From: Vicugna vicugna
Lineage: Eukaryota
Assembly (NCBI GenBank): GCA_013265495.1
Contig: MU058531.1
Coordinates: 1,798,911-1,862,910, forward strand
DNA: 64,000 bases
Direction of reading: 5' to 3'
Positions 24,995-38,852 of this stretch are shown here, piece by piece. How positions within the stretch are numbered: position 1 is the first letter of the stretch; each line of letters starts with the position of its first letter. Under the pieces are notes generated by a model. The model ran no database searches. It saw only the letters and a program-made list of their open reading frames with translations, and was not told the origin of the DNA. Position numbers and translations under genes: made by a program.

Positions 24995-26273
24995 GTAAGA
25001 ATTCTTTTTTTTTTCTTTTGGTATAATATAATTGTAGAAATTTGTCCATGGATAAGAACATAAGAATAGAGAAAGAAATTGTGTTATTATTGGCAATTTG
25101 TAGTCTTCAGATTCCATTAAGTATCTCAGTATTTCTTCAAATATTTAAATTTTTTTGCCATTTTAAATTTTTGTTTGTCATAAGCTTTAAAATACTTTGT
25201 TTTTTGCATCAAGTTTAATAGTTTAATGGATTTGACAACATAGAACCTTTGGCCTGTGGCACATACTTAAATCTGATTCAATTTGGTCATGAACTAAGTT
25301 GTTAATCTTGTTTGTTAGTGGTCTGACTTGTTCTTAGCAGATAATAATTATATCACAGTTGGTAGTCTTCAAATGGATAAGTACTTATGGACAGTGGTGG
25401 AAATAGATGAGAAACTGGTTGTCATTACTTTCTTAGTTATCAGCTGTTTGAAAGTGGAGGCTTTCTGCTTTGATGGATCAGTGTCTTCATAATCCTAGCC
25501 CATGTTCTTTCCTTAAGCAATGACTTTTTTTTTTTTCTCTGAACTCTGTGGGCTTGTAGAAGTGTGACTATGATAATAAGCAGCAAATTCCATGTATTTA
25601 ATTCTCTGGCATGCAAAGTAAAAACAGGAGTGTTCTGTATGTGTGTTGGGGGTGGGAGGAGGTGGCTAGAGGATAGGGTGGGGAACAATATGATAGCCCA
25701 GACCCAGTTGGAAGACCCAAGATACCTCTTCCCACCGGTCTTATCCTGTCCTTTCACTCTGATTTGCCCCTTCCTGATTCCTGTGAGTAGGAGTTCTAAG
25801 CCCTTAGTCAGCATATACAGATCTCCACTCTTTTGTTCCTACCATAAGGGCTGACGTAACAGTGACTCTTTCCAGCATGCTTCCCACTTAGTTACTATCA
25901 GAACTTCCTAATCAAGGTATAGATGAAGAAACTGACTTGACATCTATAGGCTCCATGTTCTCAGAATGGAGAAGGATGCATATTAGATAATACTGTACTC
26001 ATGTGTAAGATGTGGGGATAGAGAGCATACCCATTTCTTCTCATCCCAAGGGAAGAGGTGGAGGGCTCAATGAGCCGAAACTAAGAATGAACAAGATTAA
26101 CCTGTGCTGAACTGAGAAAAGGTTTCCAGGATTCCAAGTGAGGTTCTGGTCTTCATAGCTCAGACCCCAGCATATGGCTGCCATTAGATAATTCCAAAAG
26201 AGGCAGAGTTTGTTTTTAGCACCTTCTCACCACCTATTCCCTCTGCCCTCAGTGTTTTCCTGTTGCCATTTGG

Positions 26274-28170
26274 TTTTATTTTTTTAAACAGCTTTTTTGA
26301 AATGTAATTTACATACCATACTATTCACCCAGGTAAAGTGTGCAATTCAGTGATTTTTGGTATATTTAAAAATGTGTGCAACCATCATCACAATCTAATT
26401 TTAAAACGTATCTTCTCAGGAATTCCTATTAGTAGTCACTCTCCATCACTCCTCCCATGTCTAGTCCTACGTAACCACTAATCTCTTTGCTTTATTTTGA
26501 ACATTTTATGTAAATGTATTACCTTTCGTGTTTGGTTTTTTCACTTAAAATGTATTTTCAGGTTTCTTTTGTATTGTAGCATGTTTCATTACTTCATTCT
26601 TTTTTATTGCCACATTATTCTATTGTATGGCTATGGATATTCTGTATCTTATTTATCTGTTCAGTTGATGGGCATTTGGGTTGTTTCCACTTTTTGGCCT
26701 ATAATGCTGCTATGAAAATTTGTGTACAAGTTTTTTGTGGATGTATGTTTTCATACATGGGTGTATAGAAGAGAGCAGAATTGCTGGGTCATACGGTAAA
26801 TATGTTTACTTTATGAGGAACTGCCACATTGCTTTCCAGACTGGCTCCACCATACTACATTCCCAGTAGCGCTGTATGAGAGATCTGATTTCTTCACATT
26901 CTTGTCAACACTTAGGATTAACTGACTTTGATTATATCCACATCAGTGAATGTGAAGTGATATTGTAGTTTTGATTTGCATTTTCCTGATGGCTAATGAT
27001 GTTGAACATCTTTTTATGTGTTTATCAACCATTTCTATATCTCCTTTGGAGATCTGTCTAATCAGATACTTTGCCCATTTTGAAGTGGAATATTTGTACT
27101 TTTATTAATGAATTGTAAGAGTTCTGTATATTTTAGTTACAAGCCCTTTATCAGGTACGGGATTAGCAGATATGTTCTTGTAATCTACGGGTTGTCTTTT
27201 TACTTAATGATATCCTTTGGAGCACAAAAGTTATTAATTTTGATTAAGTCAAATTTACCTTTTTTTTTTTTAAAAAAAACACATCATTTGTGCTCTTAGG
27301 ATCATATCTAAGAAACCCTGCCTAACCCAAGGTTACAAAGATTTATCCATGTGTTTTCTTCTAATACTTTTATAGTTTTAGCTCTTATTTTTAGGCTTAT
27401 GGTCTATTTTGAGTTAATTTTTGTGTATGGTGTGAGATAGGGATTTTAAATCATTATTTTGTTGCTCCAGCACCATTTGTTGAAAAAAAAAAAACCCTTC
27501 TTTCTCCATCGAATTGTCGTGGCACTCATGTCAAAAATCAGTTGATCCTAGATACATAGTACTATTTCTGGACTCTAAATTCTTTTCCATTGATCCTTTA
27601 TCTGTCCTTTTCCCAGTACCACACTGTCTTGATTATTGTTGCTTTGTAGTAAGTTTTCAGATCAAGAAGTTTGAGTTTGCCAATTTTATTATTCATTTTC
27701 AAGATTATTTTCTTAATTCTGGGTCCCTTACATTTCCACATACATTTTACAATCACCTTGTCCATTTCTGCAAAAAAAAAAAACCAGCTGGGTTTTGATA
27801 GAAATTGTATTGAGTCTGTAGATCAATTTAGGGAGTATTACTATTTTAACAGTATTAAGTCTTCCAATCCATGGACGTGAGGTGTCTTTCTATTTATTTA
27901 GGTCTTATTTAATTTCTTGCAACAATATTTTGAATTTTTTGTAGTCTTCAGTATACAAGTCTTGTCCTTCTTTTGCTCAATTTATTCTTAGTATTTTATA
28001 CTTTTTGATACTATTATAGATGGGATAGTTTTCTTAATTTCATTTTCAGATTGTTGAAAGTGTATAGAAAATGTATAGATTGATTTTTGTTTATTGATCT
28101 TACATCTTGCTATCTTGCTGAATTCATTTATCTTTTCTGCTAGTCTTTATAACTCTTTGCATTTTGTAAT
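26274..28170 (-). mobile_element. LINE-1 (L1M-type), antisense in intron 2
   Basis: L1 3'UTR followed by degenerate antisense ORF2. Confidence 0.9.
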
Positions 28171-28458
28171 GGAACTTAATGAATAATATACCCTTTGTAT
28201 GTTAAAAGCTATGTTATTTTTAAAATGTACTTAAGAATTCTTTTATTAAAATTTCCTAGTTCCTTTTTTTAAAGTGTAGTAATTTCCTGTGAATGATAAA
28301 TCTTATAAATGATTTTAGTAATTCCAAAATGTTTTATATAAATCTGAGGGCTGCTACATTAAAAGTTAATAACAAGTGAATTGGTGTTTCTCTGTTCTGG
28401 CCACCTTGAACAAACAATATTTTTGGGTTTATAACTATTTTATTTTGTAACTTTTAAG

Positions 28459-28573
28459 GTGTTGATATATTTAAGGAGTACAAATTGGGATACTCGGATT
28501 GCAGCAGGACAAGCTGTTGAAGCTATAGTGAAAAATGTACCTGAGTGGAATCCAGTGCCAAGAACCAGACAAG
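28459..28573 (+). CDS. BTAF1: BTAF1 exon 3 ([24 protein letters not shown]...)
   Basis: AG/GT boundaries, 115 nt, Mot1-type WDTR motif. Confidence 0.95.
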
Positions 28574-30108
28574 GTGCTTTTAAGTGGAAAAAGTAGTTTG
28601 CAGTAGAAATCTAATTATAGAATTAACTATTCTTTGCATTTTAATTTTTAATAATTTCACTTTTAATTTAAAGGCTTTATTTTCATGCTTTGTCAGGAAA
28701 TGACATTGAATAAGGTGATTTTCACTATTTAAAAAAATACTAGACAAACAATGTTTTCATAAATATTTTAAATTATTAATTCTACAGTGTACTTGATTTA
28801 CAGAGATGATGACGTCCCTCAAGGATTTATGTCTTAAAAAATAATACAATATAAACATTTGAAATAGTCTATTTTTTCTTATTACTGGGTGAATAATAGT
28901 GTAATTATTTACTAAATTTAAGCACAAGTATGTGTGGATATTTGGAGGGGTAAGTCTTTAGTTTTTTATGTGTCTTTGAGATGTGGAAATTATTTGTTTT
29001 CTGACTGCCTGTTCTTTATGGCATTCAAAAATGAATGTACGCTTTTCTAAATTTATAAAGGTATACATGTTAATTAAGTGAGAATTTAATATGGTGCAAC
29101 TGCATTTCATTTTCAAGTCACTTTCATAATATCACTTTAAATCATATGTCTAAAAGTTTTGCTTTAATTTGCTGGCACCTCTTTTGAGTGATTGTGTTGT
29201 CTTCTCTCACCAAAAGAAATATATAACTAGAAGAAGTTATAACTTGTTTTAGAAAAGACTCTTCTTTTCCAGCTTATTACCCCTGGTTTTTTTGATATAT
29301 AGAGATACTCAGACTCAGATTCTTTTTAAAAATAACTTTAAATTAGTTACACTACCATTAAATTTAATAGTAATTAAGGTTACTAATATTAGAAGACTTT
29401 AAGATATTCATAGCAGTTCCTTTTAAGTTTCACAATTATGCTTTAGTTTACAGATGAATTATATGCAAATGCCAACTAAACAAACCATTAAGTCGGTGAA
29501 TAGTTACAATATATTTTAAAATTTACAATGGCATAACCTTTTTTGGAGAAATACAGAACTTTATGTAGATATTTTTCAGTACCAGATGGATATATAATTC
29601 TAGCAATTTGCCAGGAGATTATAATTTGCTTATATTATGAGAAATGAGTCTTATTGAGTAAGTAGTTGCTTTGTGTCCTGGATGTTCCTCAGTTATAGGG
29701 AGGGATGGTTCTCACTAGTTTTATTAATGAATATATTCTTTTATCTTCCAATTTACCGTTACAATAAACTACCTTGATACTTTTTAAGTGTTTAACAGTG
29801 GAGACAGCATGATATTTAACATACATATTTCAACATGGGGATGCATTTCTGTGTATAGCATCGTGCTTCCATAGTCAAAAAGTTACACATACACCCACTA
29901 ATGTTCTGATAGTTTGTAGAAGGGGAGCCACCTACCAGTTTTTTCATAAGTAAGAACTGATCATAAGTAAGTCCACAGTAGCTTTTCTACTACCTCCATC
30001 TTTTACTTTTCTTAAAATATTACCCACCCACCTGAAGTAAGGCTATTTTCTTTCATTCTATACTTTTTGGCTATTTAATCAAATAAAATGTTTTTAAACC
30101 TCATCTAG

Positions 30109-30255
30109 AAACTCCTTCAGAAAGTGCTATGGAAGATTCATCTACTACAGATCGATTGAATTTTGACAGATTTGATATATGTAGATTGTTACAACATGGG
30201 GCATCACTTTTGGGATCTGCTGGTGTGGAATTTGAAGTACAAGATGAAAAGTCAG
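30109..30255 (+). CDS. BTAF1: BTAF1 exon 4 (...FDICRLLQHGASLLGSAGVEF...)
   Basis: AG/GT boundaries, 147 nt, frame preserved. Confidence 0.93.
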
Positions 30256-31747
30256 GTATGTAGTAGTCCTGTAGAAAAAAGTCTGAAATGTGTGTGTTCA
30301 AACCAATTTGTCAGTTGGTGTGCTGTGTTATCAGTCATGCAAAATCTAACGGATGTTGTGAAATGTAAATTCACTAGAGTTTGCTGTTGGAGGTAGAGGA
30401 CATATGGGTGGGAAATGTAACCAGAAGCAATTTGTCTAAAGCTATCATATGAATATTTTTCTTCCTTTAATTGAATATGTACTTTATATATGCATCATTA
30501 ATAGATACAAATTAATATTTCAGCATACCTATTAAAATTTCAGAGTCTCAGTATAGAAATTGTAAAGTGTTACCCAAGAGCTTCAGTTGAGTGGATTTTA
30601 AAAGCCAGGATTGGTACAGATTGTAGTAACGTTTTCACAATTCTGGAAATTTAAGAGGCTATGATAGTTTTCTTTTTATCATGTGTTTTCAATATTTAAA
30701 TAATTAGATCTGCTTATGCTCTTGACCAAAACAAAAACTAAAAATGAAAAATAAATTTTGGATAGGTAATTGTCCCATTATCTTTAAACTTACAGAATCC
30801 ATCTGGATATAAAATAAATGTTTTGGCCATTCAAGATTGATGCCTTGAGTGGAAAAAACCTTGATGTTTTTAATGGATTTCTGTAAGTAAATAAGTTGCT
30901 TTTTTGACTAAAACCAAAACAGAACAGTGTTTTGTTTTGTTGCTAATTAATCATTAGTCAAAGCATATCTATGTAGCTAAGTTAATGAAATGATATTCAA
31001 GTCGTACATCTTAAAAAGTCAAATACCTGTTTCCTCTTGCCTAATATACTTTCTGTTGAGAGATCTAGTTTAATTATTTATGGAGAGCCTTATAAGGGAG
31101 GAGAATTTGCTTAAGTTTCGGAAGAGCATAGTTTTTCTAATAAGGGAAATAGAAGTCTTCAAAACCTTGCCATTTTGAAAAAAAATAGTATCTCTAAAAA
31201 ACAGTAAGTTTACTGATCTTACTAGTGTACCCATGGACATCATAAGAGATCACTGGCCCTTATCCAGGGATAAAAGTTAGTGTTACTTTTGTCACTTTAA
31301 ACCAAAAGTGTGTTTGGGTCGTATCCTAGAGATTCTGATTTAATAGATCTGTGGAGAGCTCTGGGAAGTTACATATTAAAAGAAAAATCTCCACAGATGA
31401 CTCTGATATGTAAGCAGGATTTGGAATTACAGTTCTTTGGAAACTCAGTTTTTAATGCTGGTAAGTCATAGCATACTGAAGAGTGCTCATTAAAACCCTC
31501 TAGTTAGGTTTTCTTTAAATGTCTGCTCCTCTGTGTTGGTCTCTACATATTTATGAATGACACATACATGATTAGCTTAGGTGCTGGCCTGAGTTTCCTT
31601 TGCAGTTGTGTTGGTTATTTTCCCCAATAGGACTTGTCCTGGAATGAGAGGACCAATTTTGGGCTCTTTGTAAGTGTACTGGACTTCTGATCCAGTAGTC
31701 TTCATTTTGGATGTCTGGCTTTTCCGTCTGAGTAGAGTAACCTTCAA

Positions 31748-34050
31748 TTTTTTTTTCAACATAGCTTTAGAGAGATATAGTTCACATACCATACAGTTCA
31801 CTCATTTTTAAAGTGTACATTTCTGTGGTTTTGAGTATATTGTATGTAGTCAATTTTAGAACATTATTACCTCAGGAAGAAATCCCGTATTCTTTAACTA
31901 TCATCCTCCTAGTCCCCTACTTTCCTTTCTCTTCCCAGCCCTAGGCAACCACTAGTTTACTTCCCATCTCTATAGATTTGCCTATTATGGTCATTGCATA
32001 AAAATGGAATCCTACAGTATGTGGTCTTTTGTGATTAGCTTCTTTTCACTTAACTTTTCCAAGGTTTATCCATATTGTAGTATATATCAGTACTTTCTTC
32101 ATTTTTTTCCTAATTAATGTTTATTACTGTTATAGGATGTATCAGTTTTTTAATTTTGATAAAATATAGGTAACATAAAATTTACTATCTTAACCATTTT
32201 TAAGTGTACAGTTCAGTAGTATTCAGTACATTCACATTGTTGTGCAACCAGTCTCCAGAACTCTTCATCTTGCAAAACTGAAACTTTATACTCATTAAAC
32301 AATTCCCATTCCTATCTCCCCCATCCTTGGCTGTCACTATTTTACCTTTCATCTTTATGAATTTGATGACTAGTTACTTCATATAAGTGAAATCATACAG
32401 TATTTGTCCTTTTGTGACTGATTCATTCCACTTAATGTAATCTCCTTTCTTGTTTATCCATGTTGTTGTATGTGTTAGAATTTCCTTTTTAAGGCTGAGT
32501 AATACTCCAGTATATGTTTATATCACATCTGTTTTTCCATTCATCTGTCAGTGGACACTTGGGTTGCTTCTGCCTTTTGGTTATTGTGAATAATGCTGCT
32601 GTGAGCATGAGTGTACAAATATCTGTTCAATTCCTGCTTCCAGTTCTTTTGGATATATGCCCAGAAGTGGAAATATAGGATCATATGGTAATTCTACTTT
32701 TAATTTTTTTAAAACTACCATACCATTTTCTATAATGGCTGTATCATTTTACATTCTCACCATTAATGTATGAGGTTTCCAGTTTCTCCTCATCCTTGTC
32801 AACACCTCTTACTTCCTGGTTTTTTGGTAGTAGCCTAACTGATAGGTGTGAAGTTATTTCATTGTATGACCGAATAACATTCCACTGTATGAATATCATT
32901 TTGTTTATTCATTTTGTTTATTCATTCATCAGTTGAGGACATTTGAGTTCTTTCCTTTTGGCTATTACAAATAATTCTACAGTAAACATTTGTGTACAAA
33001 TTTTTGTGTGAGTGTATGTTTTCATTTCTCCTATGTGGATACATAGAGTGGAATTGCTGGATCATACGGTAACTATGTTTTACCATTCGAGAAACTGCCA
33101 GACTGTTCTCCAAATGGTCTTCACCATTTCACATTCCTCTAGCAGAATACAAGGGTTCTGATTTCTCCATATCCTTGCCAACCCTTGTTATTAATTGACT
33201 TTGATTATATCCGTACTAGTGAGTGTGAAGTGATATCTGATTATAATTTTGATTTGTATTTTTCTGTTGATCATTCATGTTGAACATCTTTTCATGTGTT
33301 TATCAACCATTTGTGTATCTTCCTTGGTGAACTGTCTATTCAGACCCTTTGCCCATTTTTAAGTGGGATATTTGTTCTTTTGTTATTGAGTTGTAAGAGT
33401 TCTTTATGTAGTCTAGGTACAAACCTCTTACCTGCTTTGTGATTTACAAATATTTCTTCTCATTCTGTGCATTTTCTTTTCACTTTCTTGATGGTATCCT
33501 TTGAAGCATAAGGTTTTAATTTTGATGAAATCTAATTTATCTTTTTCTTTTGATGTCATATATAAGAAGCTATTGCAAAATCTAAGGCCATTTACCCTTG
33601 TGTTTTCTCTTAAGAGTTTCATAGCTTTAACTCTTATTATAGGTATTTAATCTGTTTTGAGTTCGTTTTTGTATGTGCTGTGAGGTAAAGTGTCCAGCGT
33701 CTTTCTTTTCTTTATATGTGGCTATCTTGTTATCTCAATACTATTTGTTGAAAAGACTCTTCTTTCCCCACTGAATTGTCTTTACATCCTTGTTGAAAAC
33801 CAGTTGGCTGTAGACATACAGTTTTATCCCATTGATGTCTGTCTTTTGCCATTACCTCATTGTCTTGATCACCATTGCTTTCTGGTGATTTTTAAAATCA
33901 AGAAGCATGAGTCTCTAACTTTGTTGTTCTTTTTCAGGGATATTTTAGATATGCTGGGTCTCTTTCATTTCTGTATGAACTTTAGGGTCAGTTTGTCAAT
34001 GTCTGCAAAAAGCCAGCCAGTGATTTGACAGGAATTACATTGAATCTGGG
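31748..34050 (-). mobile_element. LINE-1 antisense in intron 4, interrupted by a second L1
   Basis: L1 3'UTR/ORF2 antisense; breaks near 32110 and resumes near 32866. Confidence 0.88.
32146..32865 (-). mobile_element. Nested LINE-1 3' end
   Basis: Second complete L1 3'UTR run inside the outer copy. Confidence 0.8.
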
Positions 34051-34387
34051 TTTTCTCTATCTTCCAGTGGCTGTAGTGATACCTGACTTTCTTCCTTCTA
34101 GTTCTTCAAGTCAGATAGATTGGATTTTTATCCAACTTCGAAATGTAGGGCCTGACTGCTCTACATACCATAGACTGGATCTACCTTTAGGCTAAAAAGC
34201 TTCAAAAATGGGAAACTCACTTAGTGCCATGCCCTTCTTCCAGATATTGATACCTCCCCCAAGTAAATGCCTATTTTTGTTTTCTTTCAGTGCCTGCAGG
34301 TAGTTGCTTTCTATATTTGAGCTAGAGTCTGTTACCTGTGGAGGGTTAGTCATCAGTGAGAACTTACTCAGCCATTATTAGAAGCGT

Positions 34388-34472
34388 GTTGTTGTTCTTG
34401 TTGTTAGTGGAGGTACTGGGGATTGAACCCAGGACCTCGGGCATGCTAAGCATGCACTCTTATCACCGAGTC
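34388..34472 (-). mobile_element. Camelid-type tRNA-derived SINE, 5'-truncated
   Basis: ggaggtactggggattgaacccaggacc core. Confidence 0.85.
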
Positions 34473-34903
34473 ATTATTGTTTTTAAAATGTTAACTGTTT
34501 TTTCCCCATAGTATAGAACCATCTCTTGCAGCTTAGCTATTTTATACCCAAATTTTTATTTTTAAAATAGTACCTTTTGATATATTTTCCACTGAAATAT
34601 TGAGGGTTTTACTTGGGACATTCAAAATCTGTCTGCTTTTATGCCTTTTTCTTTGTTATTTGGGCCATTAGGGCTGTATTATCTCAGAATACATAAAGGC
34701 TACACTTGGAATAAGCATGTATTTGTTGAGATCTTTTCCTGTCAAATAAAATCTAGATTTTTTTTTAAACCTGGTTAGATCTTTCAGAGAATGTACAGGT
34801 ATAGCTATAAAATAAGATCAGTTTGTTTTCGTAGGAATGGATCTTATTTTATATATACTTGATAATTGACAGTAGGGCAATGGGGGGATCTCAGTGAAAA
34901 CTT

Positions 34904-36179
34904 TTTTTTCCCAGTTTTATTACGTAGAATTATTACAATTCGACTGCACATACACATTATATTGCATGTAAATACATATAAATAGTATATGGCATACTTT
35001 TTTAGTTTTCATATATGTACTAATTATTGTTTCTAAGAACAGATTAGATCTTTAGCTTTTTAAACTTACATAGTTATCAAAGGAATAAAGCCAACTACAA
35101 AATAAGAAATAACAGAATGTGGTAATCCAATCATAAAGGACAGTCAAATGTGCTTACACATACTCAAGAAGTCAAAATAATAATTAGTTCATTTGTGTCA
35201 TTATTATTATTTTTTAGATTCTTCATATAAATGATATCATATGGCATTTTTCTTTCTCTTTCTGGCCCACTTCACTTTGAATGACAGTCTGTTAGGTCCA
35301 TCCACATTGCTGCAAATGGCATTATTTTATTCTTTTTTATGGCTGAGTGGTGTTCCATTGTATATATATATGTACCACATCTTCTTTATCCAGACATCTG
35401 TTGATGGACATTTGGGTTGTTTCCATGTCTTAGCTATCATAAATAGTGCTACTGTGACAATTGGGGTGCATGTGTCTTTTTCAATTTTATTTTTCTCTGG
35501 ATATATGCCCAGGAGTGGGATTGCTGGATCACATGGTAAGTCTAACTGAAACATCCATACTGTCCTCTGTAGTGGCTGCACCAGTCTACATTCCCACCAG
35601 CAGTGTAGGGAGGGTTCCCCTTTCTCCACACCCTCTCCAGCATCTACCATTTGTAGACTCTTCAGTGATGGCCATTCTGACTGGTGTGAAGTGATATCTC
35701 ATTGTAGTTTTGATCTGCATTTCTCTGACAGTTAATGATGCTGAGCATTTTTTCATGTGCCTACTGGGCGTTTGTATGTCTTCATTGGAGAATTGCTTGT
35801 TTAGGTCTTCTGCCAATTTTTTGGATTGGGTTGCTTGTTTCTTTAATATTAAGGTGTGTGAGCTGTTTGTATATTTTGAAATTAGTCCCTTGTCAGTCAC
35901 ATCATTTACAAATATTTTCTCCCATTCTGTAAGTTGTCTTTTCGTTTTGTTGATGGTATCTTTAGCTGCAAAAGCTTTTAAGTTTGATTAGATCCCACTT
36001 GTTTATTTTTGCTTTTAATTCCAGTACTCCAGGAGCTGGTTCAAAAAATATATTGCTGTAATGTATGTCCACAAGTGTTCTGCCTATGTTTTCCTTTAGG
36101 AGTTTTATAGTATCTGGTGTTACGTTTAGGTCTTTAATTCATTTTTAGTTGGATTAAATGGATTAAAACTCAAAATGGA
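34904..36179 (-). mobile_element. Younger 5'-truncated LINE-1 with 13-bp TSD
   Basis: Well-preserved ORF2 C-terminal peptides ([39 protein letters not shown]); TSD tcagtgaaaactt at 34891-34903 and 36180-36192. Confidence 0.93.
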
Positions 36180-36268
36180 TCAGTGAAAACTTGTAGAGTG
36201 TTTTGTTAGCGAGAACACTGTTTTCTAACTCCAGTAAAATATTTACTCTATTAGACAATAAAGTTTAT

Positions 36269-36397
36269 TTTATTTATTTTGGGGGATAATTAGGTTTTTA
36301 TTTACTTATTTATCTGTCGGAGGTACTGGGGATTGAACCCAGGACCTCCTGCATGCTAAGCATGTACTCTACCACTGAGCTATACTCTCCCCCTGGT
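36269..36397 (-). mobile_element. Camelid-type tRNA-derived SINE
   Basis: A/B-box-like head; 12-bp TSD aataaagtttat at 36257-36268 and 36398-36409. Confidence 0.9.
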
Positions 36398-36567
36398 AAT
36401 AAAGTTTATAACATGATCACAGTTTGTAACCGTGGTTTGTTTTATTGTCAGAAGAGGTAGTCTGATAGTTTAAAACATTTTTTAAAAATTTTAATCAAGT
36501 CTGATCTTCACATATTAAAAAACTTCTTAAGTGATTTGGAGGAAATTTATTTCTTTTTTGTTTAAAG

Positions 36568-36731
36568 GTGAAGTGGATCCTAAAGAGAGGATAGCACGCC
36601 AGCGAAAACTATTACAGAAGAAACTTGGCCTTAATATGGGAGAAGCCATTGGAATGAGCACTGAAGAACTCTTCAATGATGAAGATTTGGATTATACCCC
36701 AACTTCAGCAGCCCTTGTAAACAAACAACCT
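36568..36731 (+). CDS. BTAF1: BTAF1 exon 5 (EVDPKERIARQRKLLQKKLGL...NKQP)
   Basis: 164 nt; donor CCT|GTAGGT is needed to keep frame. Confidence 0.93.
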
Positions 36732-38852
36732 GTAGGTAAAACCTTTGGTTATTTGATTGCAAGTAATAATACAAAGGGTTTGCTTTATTTTGTTATAAAT
36801 TGCAATTTAAAAAAAATGAATTCCTTATTTCTGCTCTTTGTTGTTTAGCTCTACCATAATTTAGTGTCTTCGTAAAGTTGGATTTCTAGCGACAGATTCT
36901 AAGGAGACAGAGGTTCAACCTATCTCATTGACACCAGACTATTAGATAAAAGCTGTGGTGGACCTTGTAGGACCACTGGTATTGAGAAATCCTAGCTGCA
37001 TCAATTGCTCTTTCCTTTGTTTTTTAATGAAGGGTAAAAAAAGTAAATGTTTCAGAGAATGGGGAGATAGTAGGGGCTGTCATAGTCAGATGTGATGATA
37101 CTAGAAATCTTTAGAGCTATGATTTATTCTTTTATGTGAGAAAATAACAAATATGATAAAAAGAAACCTTTCAAACAATGCAAAAAGGCATACAGTATGA
37201 AGCAAAAGAAGTTTCTTTTCAGTAATTAATGGGCACCCATGTCCCTATGTCCCAAGGCAACCCTTTTAAAGTTATTTGTACATCCTTCCTAAAATTTTCT
37301 ATGTATGCACGAGTCCTTGTAAGCCATGTCTACTTTTTTCCAAATCATATAGCTTAATACATCAGTATATACAGATTGATCAAATTCTTTATTGACAGCA
37401 TTGTACTGTTTTGTTATATGGCTGTACCATAATTTCTCTATATTTCTCCTTTTTCTCTATTTTCCCAATTACCAGTGGATGCCTCTGTGCTTCTTTTTTT
37501 ATACCTTAGACTCTTTAAGCTCCAGTAAAAGCTGTGGCTCTCTCCCCAGAAAAATTCACGTAATTGTGAAATACTACATTTTAAGGGGTTTAGTACTCTT
37601 TTCTCTTGCCCCTGCAATATCCTTTTAGGGATCCGTGAGTTCCATTAAGAATTCCTGCTTTACATGAAACCCATATCGTCTCATTCCCTTAGCCTTTGCT
37701 TAAGTGGAGAATGGTTCTGTTTACCTTTATACGAGTTGTCCTTTAAACCGTCAGAATTTTTAAATACATTTTTTAGGATTAGGGGTGTGTGAGGATGAAG
37801 AACTTTTGCAGACAAGAAAAAAAGGCAGATTCTGGAGGGAAAAAGAAGAGGATAAAGAGGCAGAAAATATGCTGGCAACCAGGAAGGAACAGAAAGAAAT
37901 GAGGTACAAAGGGAAACATAAGATAAAAATTAAAAATAAAGAAGAAAATAGAATAAAGTAAAGGAGAACAAAAATGTAGTAATGTGATCACAGTGTGGTA
38001 ATTGGACGTGGTGTAAGGAAATGAATGGGCAGGTGTATTAGAGAAAATGGGCTATAGACAGAATGGTTGGATATAGGATGGGCAGCAGTCAATTGGAGGT
38101 TTGCAGTATCCAGATTTGCTTGGCCTTAGATGTCACAGATCTTTGGCAAGAGTTGCTTGAGGCTGGTTGTGGCCATGGGGTCATCACTGCTGCGCTGCCT
38201 TGTGTGTGTGCTGGTGGCCTCTGGACCAACTCTGCAGCGGGGCAGTCACACCAGTGACCTACTTGGTTGTAGAAGTATACATCTCAGTTGAATCTTAATC
38301 AGTTCAGGGCCGAAAGGATTTTTAGGCTTGGGCCAAAGCATCTTTTTTCACAGCCTTTATAATGTCTCCCATGAATGGAAAAGAGGAGCAAAGACAGTAT
38401 GTAGTGATTGATTAAGGGGAAAGGAGCTTGTAGGCTTACTTAACTATAGGATTCTGAACCAATCACTTATGGCCATAATTATTTTAATTTTTTTCAGCTC
38501 AGTTTTTTTTATTGACATTCTTTATTATTATAACTTTTGGATGGTATTTATGGTTATTTTGAAATCTCACCTCTTCAAGAGTCCTGAGTAGGGGTTAGGA
38601 TCATACGTTTGTGCCACATGAGTGACATAAAGTTAAGAAACACACAAACATTTTCTGGGAATTGGAAGTATAGGGAAGAAGGAAGAAGAAAATGAAATTA
38701 TATAGCCATATGACAGAATAACATGAAGCTGTCAAAGAAGGATGTAATCAATTTGTATATAGTGAAATTTATGGACTTTAATCCTCTTCTGAGGCTGTGG
38801 GTATTTATTTTAGCTTCAAAAGTTCAAACTCAGCATTCTTTTATTCTTTTAG

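Noticed and set aside
35241..35991. L1 ORF2-like ORFs as an active element or gene
   Set aside because: 5'-truncated, frameshifted fragments with no RT or endonuclease domain
38160..38260. GC-richer patch with partial CTCF-like motifs
   Set aside because: Only half-matches to the consensus; not supportable without a PWM scan
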